Below, piece by piece: positions 18,199-26,700 of a DNA stretch of 46,085 nt (within the stretch, counting starts at the first letter, position 1; each line of letters opens with the position of its first letter). The translations under genes were made by a program, and so were the position numbers. The notes under the pieces are model-generated. The model worked only from the letters and a program-made list of their open reading frames with translations. It searched no databases and was not told where the DNA came from. The DNA comes from an uncultured Candidatus Cloacimonadota bacterium (lineage in GTDB: Bacteria > Cloacimonadota > Cloacimonadia > Cloacimonadales > TCS61). Location: positions 1 to 46,085 of the forward strand of contig CAZWYK010000001.1 of assembly GCA_964638205.1 (NCBI GenBank), in the 5' to 3' direction.

Positions 18199-19920
18199 CT
18201 ATTCCTGTTTTGGTCTTAAATCTTTTAATTTTCCCTGAATAGTAACACGATTTTGCCAAATATTATATTCGAGCGAATAGGCAATGTCTACGTGCATTCC
18301 TTTTTCCAAAAACGGCAGATAATTACCTAAATTAAAGCCGATTAAATCAAGGAAACAACCATCTTTCACGACACGTAATTTCAGGTGATTTTGTCCGACA
18401 TTGTAGGGAGTTCCTGCAATTTGAGCACCTAATGTGTAAAAAGTTGGGCGCATATTAGCCGGTCCAAAGGGTGCAAACTTATTTAGCCATTCCATCAAGT
18501 TTTCATTAATCTCGTATATCTCTAATTTTGTGTCGATTTGAAGTGCTGGCGTTAGTTGTTCTGCAATAATATTTTCTCGCACAAAATTGCTCAATTTATT
18601 TTCAATGAGATCAATATACTCAACAAGAACCGAAAGTCCAGCGGCGTATTTGTGACCACCAAATGTTTCCAAGTATTCTTCGACAGATGAGAGGGCATCA
18701 AAAAGGTTAAATTCTGGAATGCTTCTACCAGATCCACTCCCCACTCCGTCTTTGAATGAAATCATAATGGTGGGGCGATAGTATTTTTCGGCAATTTTAG
18801 ATGCAACAATTCCAATTACACCAGGATGCCAGCCACTCGAAGAGACCACGATAATTGCTGTTTCATCGATGTTTTTGTATTTTTTTTCGATAATATCGCA
18901 GGCTTCTTCGAAAGTTTTTTTGTCGATTTGTTGTCGCAAAGAATTTTCGCGTTCGATGATTTGTGAAAGTTCTTCACTTTGTGCTTTATCATTTGAAATC
19001 ATCAATTCTACCGCACGCATTGCACTGCCCATCCTGCCAGCAGCATTTATTCGTGGTGCAACCCCAAAAACAATATCGCTAGAATTTAACGTTTTTTGGT
19101 AAAGCCCGGCTATTTTTATCAAGGTGGTAATTCCAATATTTTGTTTTTCCGCTAAACGCTCTAACCCAATTTTGGCAAAAATTCTATTTTCATCGGTCAA
19201 TGGAACGATATCCGCAATCGTGCCAAGTGCGACTAAGTCTACATATTTAGCTATCATTTTGTCAGAATCGATTTTTAATTTTTGATAAATAGCAGTAAGC
19301 AATTTATATGCAACGCCCACTCCTGCCAAATATTCATACGGATATTTGCAGTCAGTCATTTTTGGGTTTATGATGGCGTAAGCGTTGGGTAATGCCTCTT
19401 TTGGGTTATGGTGGTCGGTTACGATGATGTCGATACCGGCAGCGTTTAGTTGGTCTATTTCGTCAAAAGCAGTAATTCCGCAATCGACACTAATAATCAG
19501 ATCAAGATTTTGTTCAATCAAATAATTAACGCCATTCATTGAAAATCCGTAACCATCTAACATGCGATTTGGAATGTAGAAATCTACATTGGCATCAATT
19601 TTAGAAAGTCCCAAATACAATAGTGAAGTCGAAGTAGTGCCATCCACATCATAGTCGCCATAAATCATGATTTTTTCTTTATTTTGAATTGCCTTAATGA
19701 TACGATTTACTGCTTTTTCCATATCCGTAAAGATAAAAGGATCGTGAACATTTTCTAAACTTGGATTGAAAAATTTCTTAATTTCCTCCGTGTTAACAAT
19801 CTTTTTTCGAACGAGGATTTCAGCTATCATCTCAGGACATTTTATCTCTGCTACAATTTGCGTTTGCAACTGCAATTGTTCATCAGATAAAGCATCTGCC
19901 ATTTTCCATCTTTTCTGCAT
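18199..19920 (-). CDS. recJ: Single-stranded-DNA-specific exonuclease RecJ
   Basis: DHH motifs IMIYGDYDVDGTTS, DCGI, IIVTDHH and the DHHA1 region GGHKYAAG. Confidence 0.93.
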   Translation of the reverse strand: MQKRWKMADALSDEQLQLQTQIVAEIKCPEMIAEILVRKKIVNTEEIKKFFNPSLENVHDPFIFTDMEKAVNRIIKAIQNKEKIMIYGDYDVDGTTSTSLLYLGLSKIDANVDFYIPNRMLDGYGFSMNGVNYLIEQNLDLIISVDCGITAFDEIDQLNAAGIDIIVTDHHNPKEALPNAYAIINPKMTDCKYPYEYLAGVGVAYKLLTAIYQKLKIDSDKMIAKYVDLVALGTIADIVPLTDENRIFAKIGLERLAEKQNIGITTLIKIAGLYQKTLNSSDIVFGVAPRINAAGRMGSAMRAVELMISNDKAQSEELSQIIERENSLRQQIDKKTFEEACDIIEKKYKNIDETAIIVVSSSGWHPGVIGIVASKIAEKYYRPTIMISFKDGVGSGSGRSIPEFNLFDALSSVEEYLETFGGHKYAAGLSVLVEYIDLIENKLSNFVRENIIAEQLTPALQIDTKLEIYEINENLMEWLNKFAPFGPANMRPTFYTLGAQIAGTPYNVGQNHLKLRVVKDGCFLDLIGFNLGNYLPFLEKGMHVDIAYSLEYNIWQNRVTIQGKLKDLRPKQE

Positions 19921-19943
19921 ATTTTTCTCACTATAAATTTTGT

Positions 19944-20326
19944 GTCAAAGAAGATATTAAGCCGGATTCTGTGAATTGCCTAAAAAGCAAAACAATGTCT
20001 ATCTCTCTAAATTGGGCATTACTGCGTTCAAAAGAACCCTAAAAAAGACCAATTTTAGCTGCCTACCCGAAAGCAATAGAGTCGGACCAACTCGTGCTTT
20101 CCTATTTGGCATTGCACCGGATAAGGCTTTCCGAGCATTACGATTCACATCGTAACCTGGTGGTCTCTTACACCACCTTTTCACCTTTACCTCAAAGAGG
20201 AAGTCTGTTTCTGTGGAGCTATCTTTCCGTCGCCGAAACTTTCCATTAAAAAGTATCCTGTCCTATGGTGTCCGGACTTTCCTTCCAACTCAAAAAGAGC
20301 TGGGCAGACATTTTATCTTCTTTGAC
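19944..20326 (-). ncRNA. rnpB: RNase P RNA, bacterial type A
   Basis: The minus strand carries GGAAGGAAAGUCCGGACACCAUAGGACAGG, GGUAAAGGUGAAAAGGUGGUGUAAGAGACCACC, GCAAUGCCAAAUAGG, GGGUAGGCAGCU and ACAGAAUCCGGCUUA, in the same order as E. coli M1 RNA. P1 is formed by 5' GUCAAAGAAGAUA (20314-20326) and 3' UAUCUUCUUUGAC (19944-19956). The region is a GC-rich island in AT-rich DNA. Confidence 0.93.
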
Positions 20327-20331
20327 AACTA

Positions 20332-21042
20332 TTATTCAAAATTTTTGTGTGTGATGATTCGTCCGCAATTTTCGCAGAAGAGGAGCTTGTTTCCTTCTTT
20401 AATTTCTAAAATAACCTGAGGGCGAAGTTTGTATCCACAACCACTACACACATTATTTTCATTGAAAACAACGGCTCTTCGATTTTTATTTTTCAATAAA
20501 ACAGCATATCTTTTCACAACTTGAATTGGGATTTTTTTTGCCATTTCATTGCGAGCATTACGCAATTTTTCAATTTCAAGATTAACATCTTCAATCTCTT
20601 TTTTTAGACTTTTTTCATTCAAACGCAAATCATCATCTGCAAGGTGCAGTTTTTTTTCTGCTTTTGCAAGTTGATTTTGTAAATCTGCTTCCGCTTCCAT
20701 GAGTTCCATAATATCATCATCAATTCCTGAGTTTTTGTTTTCTAGGTGAGTGATTTCACTGTTCAAAGCTTTATATTCTCTATTTGTTTTGATGTCAAGA
20801 AGTTGATCTTTATATTTGTTCATTTTACTCTTGTTGTTTTGAATGTCAACATCTTTCAATTTTTGATTACTTTTACATTCTGTAATTTTTTCTTTAGTTT
20901 CAGCAACCAATTCAGTCGCTTTTTTCTGATTATCTATCATTGAATTCAGTTTTTTGGGAAGTTCTTCGACGAGTTTATTTTTTTCGCCGATAACATCATC
21001 AATTTCTTGCATTTCAACTAAAGTTCTTAAATTTTCTTTCAT
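20332..21042 (-). CDS. COG1579-type coiled-coil protein with C4 zinc ribbon
   Basis: Long coiled coil followed by CSGCGYKL...FCENCGRII. Confidence 0.8.
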   Translation of the reverse strand: MKENLRTLVEMQEIDDVIGEKNKLVEELPKKLNSMIDNQKKATELVAETKEKITECKSNQKLKDVDIQNNKSKMNKYKDQLLDIKTNREYKALNSEITHLENKNSGIDDDIMELMEAEADLQNQLAKAEKKLHLADDDLRLNEKSLKKEIEDVNLEIEKLRNARNEMAKKIPIQVVKRYAVLLKNKNRRAVVFNENNVCSGCGYKLRPQVILEIKEGNKLLFCENCGRIITHKNFE

Positions 21043-21060
21043 CTAAAATTCTCCTTAAAA

Positions 21061-21092
21061 ATAAAAAAGCATTCACCAAATTTGGTAAATGC
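21061..21092 (-). terminator. Rho-independent terminator-like hairpin downstream of selU and just upstream of the zinc-ribbon gene
   Basis: The minus strand reads GCAUUUACCAAA/UUUGGUGAAUGC (12-bp stem with one mismatch, 21069-21092) followed by UUUUUUAUUUUU. Confidence 0.5.
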
Positions 21093-21195
21093 TTTTAGAA
21101 AAACTAATTTTTCTCTCTATCTTTTTCAATAATTTCACAATATTCATTTTAACCTCGTTAAAGACATTATTTTTTTATTGATAATTTTGTCAACT

Positions 21196-22230
21196 TCATA
21201 ATTCATTGTCGTGTTTATTTGCAAAATTGATTACAGTCTCAGCTATTTGCTTATTGCTTTTGGTTGATATTTTAAGTGGGAAAACTGTGTTTAGATCACG
21301 TTTCGAAAGCCCAAATTGATAAGTCTTGTCATAGTAATTTAAAATAATATCAATCGCTGTGAAAAAATCATTTTGTTCAATCGCACTAATTACTAATTTT
21401 GTATTTAATCCTCCCAGTTTACCTGAAATTTTAGTAACAGCATCTATCAAAAAACTGTGTTCAAAATTAGTATAGTTTTTAATTAAATTGTCAGTTCGCC
21501 GTTTCTTAGAAATCCTCAACTGGATCACATTTTTACTTCTCATTTGTTGGAAAATAGTGTCTGGGATTTTTAGACGACCAATCATTTTGCTCTCATCTTC
21601 TACCCAAATTCTTTTTTTTAAATCGAGTTGTTGGAAAGCGTGAAATAGTTTGTTTTCAAACTGTTGAATTGTTTTTTGCTTAATTTCACCAATCGCACCA
21701 AAAGCAGACCCTTTATGGTCTGCTAATTTTTCTAAATCGATAATTTGCTCACCTTGTTTTGCTAATTCGTATAGTATTTTTGTTTTGTCACTTCCAGTTT
21801 TTCCACCCAAAATAATAAAGGGGAATTTTTGTTCGAAAAATTGCGAAATGTGTTTGCGAAAAGATTTGTAACCACCATCTAATTTGAAAATGTTTTTGCC
21901 GACAGATTGGAATAGGTGTGTCATGCCGTCACTACGAAAGCCACCACGCCAACAGTAGACAGCAATATTTTTAGAATTAATTTTCGCTATTTGATTGAGA
22001 AAAAAATCAGTTTTTTGAGCAACAATTTCGAGAGCAGTAGCAAGCGCTGTATCACGACTTTCCTGTTTGTATTTTGTTCCGATAATCTTGTGCTCTGCGT
22101 CTGAAAAAATGGGCATATTTATCGCTCCAAAAATATGCCCATTTTCAAATTCAGAAGGACTGCGAACATCGATAATTGGCGTGTTTACGCTCAATTTCAG
22201 GAAATTGTCAACCTGCGTAGTTTTAATCAA
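21196..22230 (-). CDS. selU: tRNA 2-selenouridine synthase
   Basis: N-terminal rhodanese domain with the active-site motif YCWRGGFRS, followed by a P-loop domain (GGKTGSDKT). Confidence 0.85.
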   Translation of the reverse strand: MIKTTQVDNFLKLSVNTPIIDVRSPSEFENGHIFGAINMPIFSDAEHKIIGTKYKQESRDTALATALEIVAQKTDFFLNQIAKINSKNIAVYCWRGGFRSDGMTHLFQSVGKNIFKLDGGYKSFRKHISQFFEQKFPFIILGGKTGSDKTKILYELAKQGEQIIDLEKLADHKGSAFGAIGEIKQKTIQQFENKLFHAFQQLDLKKRIWVEDESKMIGRLKIPDTIFQQMRSKNVIQLRISKKRRTDNLIKNYTNFEHSFLIDAVTKISGKLGGLNTKLVISAIEQNDFFTAIDIILNYYDKTYQFGLSKRDLNTVFPLKISTKSNKQIAETVINFANKHDNEL

Positions 22231-23944
22231 TTTTTGCTAATTCTTCTTCAACAAATTTTACTAATTTACATACATATTTTGATGAAAAATCAAACTTAAT
22301 GCCAGCGGCTTCGTAAAGTTTATCGACAGGCACTTTATAGCCGAGTTCCAAAAAATTTTCGTAATTCGCCAAAGTTTCTTCTTTTCCAATTTTTTTGTAA
22401 TTTTTGTAAATCGAAAGGGCGCCGAGTTGTGAAATTCCATATTCGATGTAGTAAAATGGAATTTCAAAAATATGTAGTTGAAACAGCCAAATGTTTTTTT
22501 CATATTCAGTAAAATTCGACCAATCTACGTCAGTGCTAAATCGTTTGAGTAACTTTATAAAATAGTCATCGCGTTCCGCAACAGTATGTTTTGGATTCAA
22601 ATAAATCCAATGTTGGAAATTATCCACAATCATACACCATGGCAAGAAGCTGAGAGCTCCTTCCAGTTGGTCTCGCTTTGCTTTTTTGAAATCATTCTCA
22701 TCACGATAATATTTGTTCCAATAATCCATTGAGATAAATTCCATTCCCATCGAAGCAAGCTCAGCAACTTCACTAGGTGTGTCTTGGTACCAGCCCAAAT
22801 TAATATTTTTTGTCGCAAAAGTGTGCATCGCGTGCCCAGCTTCGTGAAGTAGCGTAACTACATCAGCGTGCAAACCGACTGCATTCATGAAGATGAATGG
22901 CGCACCTGTTTCCAGGAGCGGATAGTTATAACCACCAGGGGCTTTTCCTTTTCTGTTTTCCAAATCTAGTAGGTCGGAAGCTTTCATTCTACCTAGATTT
23001 TCACCGAATTTTGGTTTAATTTCGTGTAGGATTTCAATTCCCTTGTTGAGGAATTCATCAATAGTTTTGAATGGTTTTAATATTTTTCCGTCCAGGTCGA
23101 TCGAAGTATCCCATGGTTTTACTGAATCTAAATTTAAAACTTTTTTACGTTTTTCGGTTAGTTTTTTCAAAAAGGGAATTACGTCTTTTTCGACTGCATC
23201 GTGAAACTTCATCACATCGCTGGGAGTATAAGAAAACCGACCCATCGATTGGTGTATATAGTCACGATAATTATCAAAACCAGCGTTTTTTGCCTGTTGA
23301 ATTCGAAGTTCTTTCATCTCATCAAAGAGGGTGTTAAATTCAACTTTTTTTTCTGCCATTTTCCCCATTTTCAGTTTCCAAACTTCTTCTCGAACAGCCC
23401 TATCTCTATCTTTCATAAGCGGTGCCAACTGCGAAAGTGTCTTCTCTTCACCTTTGTAAATAACTGTTAATTTTGAAAAAAGTGCGCCGTATTTATTGGC
23501 CAATTCTCGTTCTTTTACTTGAAGTGGAATGTTTTCTTCACGGTAAAGCTCGATAGAGTTTGCAATGATTTTATTCAGATGAGCATATTTTTTTGAATCA
23601 AGTTTTTGGCGAAATGTGCTGTCGTAAAATTTTTTATCAAACTTGAAATAGTAGGGTTGGCATTTCGCAACTATATTTTTATAAAAATCGTTATACTGAG
23701 TTGCGTACTTTTCTTCGTTAGCAAAACGCGTCATTTTGATGTAGCGCTGCGCACTTTCTTCACCAGTAATGTTGCTTAACTCACTTACTTTTTCCAAAAA
23801 CAAAATCAAATCATCGACCGAATTGATGAGTTCTGAGTCCAATTTTTTAAGTTCTTTTTCGACATTTTCCCAGTTAGTAATATCTAGATTTTCACTAAAA
23901 AATTTGCGAGGTAATTTAATTATCTTTTTGTAGATTTTGTCCAT
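22223..23944 (-). CDS. pepF: M3 family oligoendopeptidase (PepF-like)
   Basis: Zinc motif HEAGHAMH with a downstream E (EVAELASMGME). 573 aa. Confidence 0.85.
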   Translation of the reverse strand: MDKIYKKIIKLPRKFFSENLDITNWENVEKELKKLDSELINSVDDLILFLEKVSELSNITGEESAQRYIKMTRFANEEKYATQYNDFYKNIVAKCQPYYFKFDKKFYDSTFRQKLDSKKYAHLNKIIANSIELYREENIPLQVKERELANKYGALFSKLTVIYKGEEKTLSQLAPLMKDRDRAVREEVWKLKMGKMAEKKVEFNTLFDEMKELRIQQAKNAGFDNYRDYIHQSMGRFSYTPSDVMKFHDAVEKDVIPFLKKLTEKRKKVLNLDSVKPWDTSIDLDGKILKPFKTIDEFLNKGIEILHEIKPKFGENLGRMKASDLLDLENRKGKAPGGYNYPLLETGAPFIFMNAVGLHADVVTLLHEAGHAMHTFATKNINLGWYQDTPSEVAELASMGMEFISMDYWNKYYRDENDFKKAKRDQLEGALSFLPWCMIVDNFQHWIYLNPKHTVAERDDYFIKLLKRFSTDVDWSNFTEYEKNIWLFQLHIFEIPFYYIEYGISQLGALSIYKNYKKIGKEETLANYENFLELGYKVPVDKLYEAAGIKFDFSSKYVCKLVKFVEEELAKID

Positions 23945-24105
23945 TTTAATCTCCTTTTTATTTTGACAAACCCAGATTGTGATACACTGATTTTTGGCAA
24001 GTATTTTATTCAGTTTAACCCTTTATTAGAAAAAAGTTAACATTTAACTTGTCAAAAAAAGGTGGTTTTATCTATTTCACAATTATTAAGTTTTTGGAGT
24101 AAAAG

Positions 24106-24948
24106 ATGAATTTTCAGGATATAATTTTAACACTACAACACTTTTGGGCTAAAAATGGGTGCAATATTTTGCAACCTTACGACGAAAATATGGGAGCTGG
24201 CACTTTCCACCCGTCTACATTTTTTGGGGCTTTAGGAGAGAAATCAAGTTCAGTAGCTTATGCTCAACCTTGTCGTCGACCGAAAGACGGTAGGTACGGT
24301 GAAAACCCGAACAGGTTGCAACATTATTATCAATTTCAGGTCATCATTAAGCCATCGCCGGATGACATTCAAAACTTGTATTTGAAGAGTTTACAGGCGA
24401 TTGGTGTTGAAACGTCAAAGCACGATATTCGTTTTGTGGAAGACGACTGGGAATCTCCCACTCTCGGCGCGTGGGGTCTTGGTTGGGAAGTGTGGTTAGA
24501 CGGTATGGAAATCTCCCAATTTACTTATTTTCAACAGGTTGGTGGTGTGGCAGTTTCACCGGTTAGCGTGGAGCTTACTTACGGTTTAGAGCGATTAGCA
24601 ATGTACATTCAAGATGTAGATGACTTCAAAGATTTGCAATGGAGTGATCACACAAAATACGGTGAAATTTTTCTGCAAAATGAGATTGAATTTTCGGAAT
24701 TTAATTTCAAAAAAGCAAATGTAAGGTCACTATTTTCTGCTTTTGAAGATTATGAAAAACAGACAAAAATGCTTCTCCAAAATAAGTTGATTTTTCCAGC
24801 TTATGATTATTTATTAAAATGTTCTCATGCTTTTAATTTACTTGATGCACGCGGTGTTATTAGTGTGACAGAACGAGCGGCTTACATTGGTAGAATCCGA
24901 GCGATGGCAAAAGATTGCGCACTCTCTTATCTTGAAAAAATCAAATAA
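24106..24948 (+). CDS. glyQ: Glycine--tRNA ligase alpha subunit
   Basis: [26 protein letters not shown]..., [23 protein letters not shown] and [12 protein letters not shown]. Confidence 0.95.
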   Translation: MNFQDIILTLQHFWAKNGCNILQPYDENMGAGTFHPSTFFGALGEKSSSVAYAQPCRRPKDGRYGENPNRLQHYYQFQVIIKPSPDDIQNLYLKSLQAIGVETSKHDIRFVEDDWESPTLGAWGLGWEVWLDGMEISQFTYFQQVGGVAVSPVSVELTYGLERLAMYIQDVDDFKDLQWSDHTKYGEIFLQNEIEFSEFNFKKANVRSLFSAFEDYEKQTKMLLQNKLIFPAYDYLLKCSHAFNLLDARGVISVTERAAYIGRIRAMAKDCALSYLEKIK

Positions 24949-26700
24949 ATGAAAGAAATTTTTGCAAGTGCGTTACCATACATAAAACGTAATCTACACA
25001 AAATATTTTTGGCGATTTTGCTTCTCATTATCGTCGATTTTATGCAGATTATTATTCCTAAAATAATCCAAAAGACAATCGATGGAATTGGGACTAATGG
25101 CTTCGTCAAAACTGACCTTTTGAAAGCAGGCGCGGTTATTCTGTTAATCACTATTTTTATGACGATAATCCGCTATTTTTGGCGAATTTTGCTCATTGGA
25201 ACGGCGTGGATTATCGACCGAAATGTGCGACAAGATTATTATAATCATCTACTTACTTTGTCTTCAAATTTTTTCAATAAAATCAAAACGGGCGATTTGA
25301 TGGCGTACGCTACGAATGATATGAATGCAGTGCGAATGCTGATTGGTTTTGGGTTTGTGATTGGCGTTGACATTGTTGTTTTGGCTATTGCATCGTTGAT
25401 TTTTATGGTGAAAATCAATCTGCAACTTACCCTTCTTGCCGTTTTGCCAATGCCACTTTTGACAATCATTATCATTGTTTTTGGCAGAAAAATTCACCGT
25501 CGATTTGGTGAAGTGCAAAAAACATTTTCCGCACTTTCCGGTCAGGTTCAAGAGAGCATTTCCGGTATCCGCGTAGTGAAAGCATTTGCACAAGAAGATG
25601 CAGAATTAGACAAAATTTCTAATTCGGCTTATGATTATGTGAAGCAAAATTTGAGATTGGTCAAAATTGACGGAATGTTTCATCCTTCAATCAGCTTAAT
25701 TATCGGTTTAAGTATGATAATGGTGATGGTTTTTGGCGGTGAAGCCACTCTTTTAGGTAAAATTACAATGGGAGAATTTATCGCATTTTTTCAGTATCTG
25801 GGAATGTTCATTTGGCCAATGATTGCGATTGGCTGGGTGGTTAATTTATATCAGCGCGGAACTGCTTCGTTAAAGCGATTGAACACTATTTTTAATGAAG
25901 TTCCTGAAATTATCGACGAAAAAACCGCTGATAATTCAATTAAAAAAATAAATGGAGAAATCAGTTTCCAAAATTTGAATTTTAGCTATCAAAAAGGCTC
26001 TGCTCAAATTTTTCAAAATGTATCTTTCAAAATAAATAAAGGGGAAACTTTGGCAATTATTGGCAGAACGGGTTGCGGAAAATCGACGCTTATTGACCTA
26101 CTTTCACGCATATATAATCCCCCAAAAGATACAATTTTTATTGATGATAACGAAATTTACAACATTCCATTAAAAATTTTGCGCGACAGTATCGTCATGA
26201 TTCCACAAGAAATCTTCCTATTTTCAGATACAATTACTGGCAACATAAATTTAGGGAAACCGAATGCATCTAAAGAAGAAATTATCTCAGCAAGTAAAAA
26301 TGCCCAAGTTCACCAAGATATTTTGGGTTTTAGAAATGGCTACGATACACTCGTTGGCGAACGTGGTGTAACGCTTTCTGGTGGGCAAAAACAGCGAATT
26401 GCAATTGCACGTGCGCTTTTGACGAATCCACAAATTCTTATTTTAGACGATTCACTTTCTGCTGTTGATACAAAAACAGAAAAAAATATTTTGGATCACC
26501 TTATAGAAATGAGAAAAGATAAAACGACCATTATCATTGCACACCGAATTTCATCGTTACAACACGCAGATAAAATTCTTGTTTTAGATAAAAAGCAAAT
26601 TATCGAAGAGGGGACTCACATAGAATTACTGAAACTTGGTGGACTTTACAAAGATTTATATGATAAACAACAGCTAGAAGAGAAGTTAAAGGATAAGTAA
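24949..26700 (+). CDS. ABC exporter, fused permease/ATPase (type I, MdlA/MsbA-like), subunit 1
   Basis: Six TMs plus an NBD: Walker A GRTGCGKST, signature LSGGQKQR, Walker B ILILDDSLSAVD. The ATG directly abuts the glyQ TAA. Confidence 0.9.
   Translation: MKEIFASALPYIKRNLHKIFLAILLLIIVDFMQIIIPKIIQKTIDGIGTNGFVKTDLLKAGAVILLITIFMTIIRYFWRILLIGTAWIIDRNVRQDYYNHLLTLSSNFFNKIKTGDLMAYATNDMNAVRMLIGFGFVIGVDIVVLAIASLIFMVKINLQLTLLAVLPMPLLTIIIIVFGRKIHRRFGEVQKTFSALSGQVQESISGIRVVKAFAQEDAELDKISNSAYDYVKQNLRLVKIDGMFHPSISLIIGLSMIMVMVFGGEATLLGKITMGEFIAFFQYLGMFIWPMIAIGWVVNLYQRGTASLKRLNTIFNEVPEIIDEKTADNSIKKINGEISFQNLNFSYQKGSAQIFQNVSFKINKGETLAIIGRTGCGKSTLIDLLSRIYNPPKDTIFIDDNEIYNIPLKILRDSIVMIPQEIFLFSDTITGNINLGKPNASKEEIISASKNAQVHQDILGFRNGYDTLVGERGVTLSGGQKQRIAIARALLTNPQILILDDSLSAVDTKTEKNILDHLIEMRKDKTTIIIAHRISSLQHADKILVLDKKQIIEEGTHIELLKLGGLYKDLYDKQQLEEKLKDK

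Noticed and set aside
19999-20419. Track ORFs 19999..20184 (-) and 20213..20419 (+) as protein-coding genes
   Set aside because: 19999..20184 lies entirely within the RNase P RNA, whose conserved ribozyme motifs fully explain this GC-rich island. 20213..20419 overlaps rnpB and then runs antisense into the zinc-ribbon CDS. Neither ORF has an SD.
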